A stretch of DNA of 64,000 nucleotides. It comes from the human T2T-CHM13v2.0 reference genome, Homo sapiens. A model generated the notes under the pieces. The model did not search any database, was not told the DNA's origin, and was given only the letters and a program-made list of their open reading frames with translations. Below are positions 42,510-64,000 of the stretch, piece after piece (positions within the stretch are counted from its first letter, which is position 1; each line of letters opens with the position of its first letter). Position numbers and translations under genes: made by a program. The stretch lies in NCBI RefSeq assembly GCF_009914755.1, contig NC_060934.1. One strand, 5' to 3'.

Positions 42510-42643
42510 TTTTGTGAGCTGACACGGTATGATATGAGTCGGAAATTTCCATCTGGAGGAATAAATGACAAAACTCTTTCAGATTCCCAACGCTTGAACC
42601 GGATGCAGGGGTGAAAGCTGACATCATCCAGAAGCCTAGGGTT
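42510..42643 (-). CDS. AP3M1: AP-3 mu-1 coding exon 5 (NPRLLDDVSFHPC...FIPPDGNF..SSQ)
   Basis: cag|, |gtatgt, 134 nt; mu-adaptin FHPC/FIPPDG signature. Confidence 0.97.
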
Positions 42644-43308
42644 CTGCCAGAAAAACAGAAGACAGTCGTTCATAGACTATAATGAATATGGGAACTGTAC
42701 TCAGATACCTTGACAAATATGTTCCCTGAAGATAAAGCAGTCATGGAAGAGTTTATGACCACATCTACACAACCTTATAGTTTCATAATGCTTTAAAGTT
42801 TGTAAATATTTTATGTACATTATTTTATTTGAATTTCAATAACTATAAAGGAGAAAAGGCAAGTAGTATTATTTCCCTTTAACAGATTAAAAAACTGAGG
42901 TTCAGAGGACTTAAGGTCAGAGCAAACTGGTGACAACACCAGAAGTCAGTTCTCTTAATTGTTCCTAGCAGTATATCATGCTGACTCTAAAATGATACAA
43001 AAGACCAGTGTCCTTTCATATCAGCAAAGCAAATAATTATTCAGTAAAAATGATACTGGATATTTGCAGAAGCCAGCCAGCCAATTTTAAGCCCCTTCTA
43101 GCACACTCAGGCAAAGACCTCCCTTAGTCTTTCCACAAAGACCACGCTCATCATGTAAGCGACTGTCTTAGGAAACTCTGCTAGGAATATTTCTGAGATA
43201 ATCCTTTGCAATCTAAGATGCAAACTTATCTCAATATTTATCATTTCATTTAGTACTTCACATGTATTAGGCATTCAAGGGGCTATAAAACAGGAGAATA
43301 AAACTTAC

Positions 43309-43394
43309 CATGAAAGAAAGGGAGAGATCAGGCATTCCAGATAGTTTAATGCAAGCATCAATGACCCCCTGAATTTCTGCAAAGACTGTAGATC
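43309..43394 (-). CDS. AP3M1: AP-3 mu-1 coding exon 4 (STVFAEIQG...LSFM)
   Basis: cag|, |gtaagt, 86 nt. Confidence 0.96.
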
Positions 43395-43464
43395 CTGAAG
43401 AAAGAAAAAAAAAGGAAGATAACATCAATGGAATATGAGTCTTCACTAGACCTATCACTGTATC

Positions 43465-47404
<3,940 letters not shown>

Positions 47405-47427
47405 TAAGATGACATGCACACAATTAC

Positions 47428-47565
47428 CTGATTTATCTATAATTGCGTCTATTTCTTCAACAACATCAAAATAGGCTTCATTGTTTGTGTACTTTACCCC
47501 TGCCCGACGCCATGGTATGTTGGACAGCTGCCCGGTGGGGAGTGTGTCCCCAACATTACTACTGC
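47428..47565 (-). CDS. AP3M1: AP-3 mu-1 coding exon 3 (SSNVGDT..IPWRRAGVKYTNNEAYFD..DKS)
   Basis: tag|, |gtaatt, 138 nt; mu-adaptin IPWR...NE signature. Confidence 0.96.
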
Positions 47566-50032
47566 CTAGAAACCAAAAAAGGAGAAGGCAAAGCTGATGT
47601 ATAAAACAGTCATGAGAAAATTTATTACTAGGAAAAAAAAAGCTGCTTCTTCAATGTTTGGATTTTTCTTAATGAAGTTGTGGATGGTCACTAGAATTGT
47701 CAGACATATCCATACCAACATGATCAAATTTCTAGAAAAGAAATATAGGCCATGTGGCCCTCTGTCTACCTGCCAAACCAGGTTAAATTTATTTACTTAT
47801 CTTTTGCCTCCTGTGTGTTAACAGTAATCTAATCTAATTCCAGTGGCTCAACAACAGAATCTCTGCCACTGATGAAAAAAGAGGTTGGTTGTTTCAAAAC
47901 CTTCTGCCAATAAAATGTCTCCAGTGAGAATACAGAGTTATAACTAGGCCCTTCAGTATTCAACTTTATTTTACATGAGATGCTGCCAAGCACGCCTCAG
48001 TGGAGTAAATGGAATCTGGCCTTTTCCTATTTTAAGGTCAGCATACCCATACGGCTGCAATATAGCTAGTATTCAGTATCCAGCTCATTTCCTGGTAAAC
48101 TGACACATGCCTAAAAATAAGTCTGGTTGTCCAAAACACATATCTTTGAGCTGTGACTTACTTAATATTTTGGTTAATTTATATTTCCCATTCGAAAGTA
48201 CTACATACTTAACAACAACAAAAAGGTAGAGTTCAGAGAAGTGGTTTAAAGAAAAACACCTGTCTTCTTACTAACAAAATATATCTACCATTAACATTTT
48301 TGTTAATATTATGGTATTAACATTTTAATATAATATTAACATTTTGGTATATTTCTTTGAATATTTCCACCACCAGAAGGTTGCATTTTTTTCTATTTTG
48401 ATAATTTTGGTTTTTAATTGCACTTTAAAATATAGTCGCAATCATACTGTATCTACAATTTTGCAGTCTACTTATGATTGGTGTTCCTACCTGCAACCTA
48501 TAATCATGTTATCTTCCTGCTCAAAAACGTTCAATGTTTGCTCACTGGCTTTATGATAAAAGCTAAATATTTATCCTAGCTTTGAAGGACTTTCTCTACT
48601 TTTTAATTTGATCTCTAACTTCTCAAGTGAAAAACAGTTCTGCTTCTGCTAAAGGGATTAATAAAACTTTAGGTTTTTCTCTTTCATGTGTGTTTTTTTC
48701 TCATACAGTTCCACCATGGAGAATGCTCTTATTCCTTCCTCACTTCCTGAATTCTACTGATTTTCCAAGGTGGCCACCCACCACAGTTCAGGAGGGATTA
48801 CTTCATTAATGGAACCATTCTCTTGAACTTTGTAATACACTATCTAATGAATCTGTTATGTTTTGCATTATATATTTTAGTAACTTTTCTCTGACTATAA
48901 AATACATGTTTATTTTGGAAAATTAGAAAGTATAAAGCAAAAATAAATATAATCTGTATTTAGCTGGGTATAATCATTGTAAATACTTTTTTGTCGGAGT
49001 GAATATTTATATATAAGAATAATTTTTTTCAGTTTTGTGCTGACTTTTCAATTTAACGTTACATCATGTGTATTTATTTTCCAATGCTATTACTTTATCT
49101 GTGAAGTATGGAATTGCTTTTTAAAGTCTTATACAGTTATTTACTTAATTTTTTTTCCAATGTCCCATTCAGAGTATAAGTTTTAGGAGTACAGACACAC
49201 CATCTTATCTTTCTTTGAATTTCTCCTAACATTCGTCCTTACACAAAGGATGAATAAAGAGCTGCTGAATGATCTTTTTCTTATAGGCCTCTCTCACCTC
49301 ATTTTTAGGTCAAGGCACTGGACAGGGGTTTACAATGGTTGACAGTGGAGTTGGAGTGGCATATAACATTTCATAGGAATCTTTGTCTAAAAGACTTTAA
49401 TGCTTTCGAAAGAATATTGGTATCTGGATGTGCCTAATTTCTAGCTACACTCAAGAATTAAACCCAGCTGGAAGCTTACAACACAAGTACAGGCCCACAA
49501 TGCATGAGATCTCATAAGTAAACTATTTCCTATTTTTTCTTAATACATCTTCTGAATGCATAAAAACAAAGACTTGGAGGAGATTGTAGTACTGTGTGGT
49601 TAAGCGTCTTAAATTTTCTATTCTCTAGTAATTGTGGAGTAGCAGCATACCAGTTATGTAATGCTATTTTAAATATTAAAATGCCAGTCTATAAATGGAC
49701 TAAATTCTCTTCTAAGTGGGCTCATATACTGGCTTCTTTAGGAATAACTGGAACAATTTATTCAGTCTTAGTATTTAGTGTTAAATAATGGTAATAATAT
49801 TGTTGTGGTGTTTTAGAAAAAAAAAAAGAGTAATAACCAAAAGTTCTTTATCACTTAAGGTCTAGCCTCTTTCCATGAAAATAAATATATAGTACATCCA
49901 TTTTAACTTTACCAGTAACTTTAATTATGGCCAAATTGTACTACCTTAATAATATGTCAGATCATGAGCAATAATGAGTTGTTTACAAAGTTTTAATTGC
50001 TCAGTTACTAGCACAGTATGTTTTCATCTTAC

Positions 50033-50204
50033 CTGTAATAGAGTTGACAACAGAGCGTAGAATTGTTGGTGGTTTAATCAATTCTTTCAAAATGTTAGAT
50101 TCGGTAGCCAGTGGAAATCCATTGTCTAACATTTCTTCTAAGAGTTCATATACTATGACCACATTATCCTTAATTGCAGCCTCTGAACACTCACCAAAGT
50201 AGTC
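50033..50204 (-). CDS. AP3M1: AP-3 mu-1 coding exon 2 (DYFGECSE...VNSIT)
   Basis: cag|, |gtaaga, 172 nt. Confidence 0.96.
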
Positions 50205-50357
50205 CTGACAAAATACACACAAAATATCACACAATGGAAGGCACAAAGAAAGGCCTGCTAAATACTTTTTGTTCTGAAGAATAAACTTAGAGTAGCATAA
50301 TTCATTGCTTAAGCTGCTGAACATATATAAAACAGAGCGGGGGAAAAAACCCTCTAT

Positions 50358-50680
50358 AGTCCGGGCATGGTGGCCCATGCCTGTAATCCCAGCAATTTGG
50401 GAGGCTGAGGCGGATGCATCACTTGAGGTCAGGAATTCAAGACCAGCCTGGCCAACATGGTGAAACCCTGTCTCTACTAAAAATACAAAAATTAGCTGAG
50501 TGTGATGGTGCACACCTGTGGTCCCAGCTACTTGGGAGGCTGAGGCGGGAGGATTGCTTGAACCCGGGAGGCGGAGGTTGCGGTGAGCCAAGATCATGCT
50601 ACTGCACTCCAGCCTAGGGAACAGAGTGAGACTCCGTCTCAAACAAAACAAAACAAAACAAAACAAAACAAGCAAACAAA
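50358..50680 (+). mobile_element. AluS
   Basis: Alu consensus; TSD-like aaaaaccc(c)tctatagtcc on both sides. Confidence 0.92.
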
Positions 50681-50977
50681 AAAAACCCCTCTATAGTCCT
50701 AATATTATTCCTCAATATTTTCTTGATATTTCTAGGTTGAATTTAATTCCTATTACATATTATACCAGAAAGTATTGAAACATTAAATTGGAATTTGAGC
50801 TATAAACTTCATTCACCCTGATTATCCCAAAATACATATAGATAAGCTTAAATTATTTGGTATATTCCGCAAGACAAAATAATAAAATGTAAATATAGAA
50901 GAGTTCATAACCAATGAAAATCTTGAGACCATTGAGAGAACTGTATGCGGAGGGCATTATTGTTTCCTGATGATATA

Positions 50978-51302
50978 CAGTCATCCCTTGGTATTTGTGG
51001 GAATTAGTTCCAGGATCCCCTGTAGATACCAAAGTTCACAATTCTCAAGTCGCTGACATAAAATGGCATAGTATTTGCACATAACTTATACACATCCTCC
51101 TATATACTTTAAATCACCTCTAGATTACTTGTAATATCTAACACAGTGTAAATGCTATGTAACTATTTGTTATACTGTATTGTTCAAGTAATAATGAGAA
51201 GAAGTTTGTACATGTTCAGTTCGATTTTTTTGTTCAAATATTTGCCATGTAAGGTTGGGTGACTTTATGGATGCAGAACCCATGTATATGGAGAGCCAAC
51301 TG
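50978..51302. mobile_element. MER2 (Tigger-derived MITE), near full length
   Basis: TA|cagt...actg|TA termini; internal MER2 core. Confidence 0.8.
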
Positions 51303-51507
51303 TAATCTGTAATACATATAAAAAATAGTGAATAGAGCAGCCATGTGTGTAACTGTATACCACACAGAAAAGGGCTTATGAATTTACGCTTAAACAGAGA
51401 GAGACAGACAGTAAACATCAAAACCTGGGTAATTAAATAATATAATCATGTCTCACCTTCAGCTAACTTGGGTCATTTAACTTAGAAAGGTATGATAGAT
51501 AACCAAC

Positions 51508-51780
51508 CTGAAAAGTGTCAGCAACTCGATGTAGGAACTCAATTACAAAGAGAGGTGGCACTTCGGTCTGTATGACAGATACAAAGAAGAGCTTATCCCG
51601 GTAGATACTGATGAGGTAGTGGTGAGGTGTTGAAATGACAGGTGGTACATTTTCAACATCAGCAGCTTTCTCTTGAGCTTCAAAGAAATAATCACAGACA
51701 GACTGGCTCACAACGCTCTTCCAGTGCTTCTCTAGAAATATGTCACCGGAACAGTTTATGAGAAATAGACTGTGGATCAT
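51508..51780 (-). CDS. AP3M1: AP-3 mu-1 first coding exon (MIHSLFLIN...ADTFQ); exon begins at 51783 with 3 nt of UTR
   Basis: cag|aaaATG; |gttggt; the 8 coding exons sum to 1257 nt = 418 aa + stop. Confidence 0.97.
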
Positions 51781-51834
51781 TTTCTGTTGGGGCAAAGAAA
51801 GGTTTAAATTTATTATACATTAAATATCATTTAA

Positions 51835-55418
<3,584 letters not shown>

Positions 55419-56467
55419 AATGTTTTATTTCTTGACCTGCATGATGTTTACAAGCTGTGTTCCTTCTATGATAACTCATTAGGCTTTACATTGTGATTTG
55501 CATACTTTCTGAGTGTTAGTTATGCTTCCTATAAGAAGTTTATTGTCCCTGCAATATGGGGGACAATGGAAAAATGTCTAATTATCTTACCTTGTTCCTA
55601 TCTTTTACGTGTATAAGCACCAGTATCAGGTGTTTAGTCTAGTGGCTCAATCATTCCAAGTAATAGTACTATAGTCTAAGAAGAAAGAATTTAAGACCTA
55701 TGAATACAGTTTCTATGAATGAAGATAAATTCCAAAGAGGAAAGGAAGACTTTCCAGAATTGATTCATTTGATTCTGTTGACAGAAAACAACATCAACCC
55801 TTTCTTTTATGAAAGCAGCTGACATTTAAAGAATATGTGGTGATGATCTCCTCTTCCCATTCGACACATGTTCAGTAGTTATCAATAATACTAGTTACTA
55901 AGATATGTTTTAGTAATTATTGTATTAATAAAGTATGAATACTGTTAACAGTTTAGGGTTCCTGTTTAATTAGAACCAAAAAATTTCTTTGTTTAAAGCC
56001 CTCTGTTTAGCCAAGAAATCAACTTGAGTTATTAGCAATAAACTCTGACACCTCAGGGTTGGAACCTGCCAAATTTTTCTACTTTATCTAGTCAGATGCT
56101 TTGCTTAGTAGGCTTGCTTTGTGTCTTATATTTCTGTCTGGGTATTAATATAAGTGCCATTAGAATACTTAGACTTGCTATATAGAACCTGCTGATTTTA
56201 ACTATAATCTTTAGCTGATAAACTTTTCATTTTCATTTTTTAAATGAAACAGGAATATCCAACCATAAGATCTGCAACTAAATTTTTATTATTACACATT
56301 TTTCTTGGAAGAAAATCAGCATCTGAAATATATAATGTATGACTTCAAGTGGAGCACTGTAATCCACAAGCAGACTCAGATTTGGGCACTTCAGGTGAGT
56401 CACATATGGAACACAGCATTCTTTGCAAAAATTAATCTTTTGGCCCCATTCAATGTGGTTATTTTTG

Positions 56468-56944
<477 letters not shown>

Positions 56945-57219
56945 TAATAAATGAATTAATACTATCTAAAATGTATTGAGTACTTATTATGGGCCAGACA
57001 CTATGCTAGACACTTTATCTCATCTTATTTTCACAATGCTACACCATAAATACTACTATTATCCCCATTTTACAGATAAGACAATGTCATCTCAGAAAAG
57101 TTAGGTCAATTACCTAAGATCACGCAGTAAGCTAGGATTCAAACCTAAATCCAGCTGAATTCTGAGCTCCTGCTCTTATCTGCCTTGTAGAGACTAATTA
57201 TTAGGAACACGTTCTAATA

Positions 57220-58361
<1,142 letters not shown>

Positions 58362-60399
58362 GCTTATGATTTAAGAGGAGGAGGTAAAAGACATTTCTTG
58401 TTTAGTTAGGAGGCAAAAGACATTCTAGTTGTTATGCTGAGGAAGTTTAATAAATTATTTAGAGTGGAAGTTATATTTAAAAGCACCGACACAGGTTATC
58501 TAAAATCATTCATCCTATCGAAAATATAGTTCACAAGGATTTATAGTGCTCCTTTGCCACAATACACTCTGAAAGAGTTGCTTGTTTTGAAAGTAAGTGA
58601 TTTTGTAGTTACTTTATTTTAGGGCCAGATCTCTACTCATCCTCTTAAGCTGGTGAAAAATTCTTTCCAGGAAAGTTTCCACCGAAGTTGTTTTTATTGG
58701 CAGTAGTTCAGGTCTCAGAATACAGAAAGTTAAACCAGCCTCCTAGATTTATTGTTGTTATCCTTAGTGCTGAGATGAAAGCATAACACTTGTAAGTTCT
58801 CGACTGTGCTTAGCTTTAAAACCCATCTTAACCTTCTGTAATAGGAAAAGAGAGCTTACTTCTTCTATCCATATTATGACCAAGGTCTAATGCATATAAC
58901 AATTAAATAATACCATGTTGCAGTGTAAATTAGCCTGTTTCTTTATTTATCGTCCTTTTGGTAGCTGCAGTTATTTTTTTAATTATTATTTTCATAAACT
59001 TTCTGAGAAAACTACACACTCATTATTACCACAACCATCTTTTTGTTCCTAGTGGCTTTTGAGTCATAAAACAGAATTCTCCCAGCTTATTTAAAAGCCA
59101 CTAGAAGAAACTGTGTTCAGAGGCAGACCCACCAGAGCTTTGACTGCAGCTTAAATACATCATAAATCCTTTTTACTAAACATTTTATAATCATCCTGGG
59201 TAATTCACAAGCAATGCATTTACAATAGTCAAAATATTCTTGGAAGACAGTGTCTAAAAACAAAAATGTATTCCTTCTATATATAATATGATGGAGGCAC
59301 AGAAGGGCCTATACTGAACTTGAGAGAATGAGACCAGAAAAGCATCTACTCTTCTGATTCTCAGCCAATATCTTGACCACATATTCATTCAACACAGAGT
59401 TTTGAGGCACTGGGTATATAAGAACAAACAAAATTAGAGTTCCTATACTCACAGCATTTAGAGATGAGCAGAGAAGACAACTTAATACAGTTAAGATGTA
59501 ATTCCTACGATGATACAGGAAATATAGTGTGCTGTGGGAATCTACAAGGCTTAGAGGTGAGAGAGAACACAAGACAAATAAATCCAGTATAAATTTAGCA
59601 AATATGGAAGGTGGAGGGAAGAGGGGAGATGAAACTGGACAAGGAGGTAAGCAGAGACTGATTGGTTCATGGAGCATGCTAAACTTGTTAAGGAGTTTGG
59701 ACTTTATTCTTAGTGCAATGTAAAGTCATTTTATAATTTTTTTAATTAATCATGCAATCCGATTTACATTTTTAGAAAGATCATACTAATTACACTGCGG
59801 AAACTGGATAATCGGTAACTGAACACTGTGACACCAGTTGGGAGATGAGTGGTGATGGCCTGGTCTAGAGTCTTGACTATGAGGATGGGGTACAGTGAAA
59901 AGATAAGAGAAACATTTAGGTTTTGTGCTAAAAAACATTTAGGCTTGGAGGAGGGGGTGTGTGGAGATGAGAGAGATGTGTCACTTGGCCTGGTCCTGTG
60001 TAATTTGACCAATTCTGGATACATCTGACCCAAATAAATATATTCAAAAAACTATTATATATACCCTTCTGGTGCTTTAGAGAAGCCAGATTGGAATCAG
60101 AATTGTAAGTAATCAGGATTTTTTGTTAATGGGAATTAATCAAAAGGAGAATTGAAACAAAAGAAAGAATGTGCATAGTATGAAGAGAGCTTATGGCAGG
60201 AACTCCAACATTTGAGTAGGAGGTGGGTCAAGGAAGTGGACCTAAAGAATGACCAAGATGTGACTGAAGAGTCCTAAGAAAAAAAAAAAAACAGGGTGGT
60301 TTTTAGTAACTATAGCTTATTAGTGTATTTCCAGAAGAATGGAGTGGTAAATACTGTTACATGGCACAAAGAGGTTAAGCTACGAGAATTGAAAATGTC

Positions 60400-62972
<2,573 letters not shown>

Positions 62973-63659
62973 AAGATTCGTAAATTAAGATAATTCTTCA
63001 TTAACCTCATTCACTTCACTTCTCCTATAGTGTCAATTGAAAGTGTCCCTCTGTCTTTCCCAAATTAATCCTTTCACTTGTAACTTGATCCCATTCCTTT
63101 CCTTCTCTTCTGGGAGACAAGACTTTTTCTTGAATCTTCAAATAGTTGCTTGCTTCCTGCCCCCAAATAGATATCTTGTATTCTTTAAAACAAACCCCAA
63201 ACTTTCCCCCACCTTGCCACTCTCAATAATCTTGCTTCATGCCCCAAATGATGAAGGATTGGTCTACACTTGCAGTCTTTCCTCAGTTACTATTAAAGCA
63301 TCTCTCTCAAACAGCTCAATGACTTTCTAATTATAAAATCCAACGACCTATTCTGATTTCAGCTTCCTCCTCTGACCATTGCAGCATTTTATGTCATTGA
63401 TAACTTTCTCCTAAACAAAAATACTTCTTACCCTTTTATATGAAACTTCATCTGTTTTGGGTCTCACCTTGAAAGTCTTTCGGGCTTAATTCTCATAATT
63501 TTTTTTAAAGTCTTTCTACAATCTCCATGTAAACCACTGTTTCAAATTCGATAAAACTCAAACTCCATAAAATACCTCCTCCTGTCACTGGCACCATCTT
63601 CTTAATCACACATAAGGCTGTAAGTTTCAGGTTCAAACAAATCTACCAAATACAAACAG

Positions 63660-64000
63660 CCACATCGCCCGTCACTCTTCCACACTCACTGCCACCTGCT
63701 CAGCTTAGAACCCCGTTACCTCTCTCCTGAAGAACTGCAACACCCTTCTCACTGCATTCCTCACCCCAGGCTCTTCCAGGCACCACCCGCTAACAGGACG
63801 TCTGCTCAGGTCCGTTTGGGGTTTTGTCCTCCAAAGCAGAAACCTGGGACTGAGATTCCTGCCGTCTGTACTCCAGCTCACTATAGAGGGGGAACCCAGT
63901 AAGCTTGACCTCCGGGGCTCAGGCGCCTGAGAACACTGGGCTGCAGGTGGACCGCTCCCTTCTGGCCTTGCTGGCGAGAAAGCCCGGAAGGCCGGGAGTG
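63660..64000. promoter_or_regulatory. Edge of GC/CpG-rich region approaching the AP3M1 first exon/promoter (known to be shared head-to-head with ADK)
   Basis: Rising GC and CpG content without repeats; the promoter itself lies beyond the window. Confidence 0.55.

Noticed and set aside
50001-50675. 224-aa ORF on the - strand
   Set aside because: Antisense Alu translation running by chance through intron into AP3M1 coding exon 2; non-ATG start; the real exon has its own acceptor

Overview
Human (primate) genomic DNA, recognisable as the VCL/AP3M1 locus (10q22). The + strand carries vinculin exons 9-22, including the muscle-specific metavinculin exon 19 and the 3' UTR. The - strand carries the complete 8-exon coding region of AP3M1 (418 aa) and most of its first intron, running up to the edge of a CpG-rich promoter region. 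The two genes are convergent, with poly(A) signals about 130 bp apart. Introns are dense in Alus, with MIR, L2, MER2, MER3 and MER5 relics and a fragmented old L1. Most notable unexplained items: (1) a TSD-flanked, poly(A)-tailed ~590-bp retrocopy nested in the L1, joining a VSIG10-exon-1-like 5' end to unidentified sequence; (2) two non-Alu inverted-repeat structures (13.5-14.0 kb and 42.1-42.3 kb); (3) a 5' splice site regenerated at the VCL exon 20/21 junction; (4) a 5'-truncated AluYb8; (5) small scars resembling target-primed reverse transcription (TPRT). Gene and repeat names come from recall, not database searches, and repeat boundaries are approximate.
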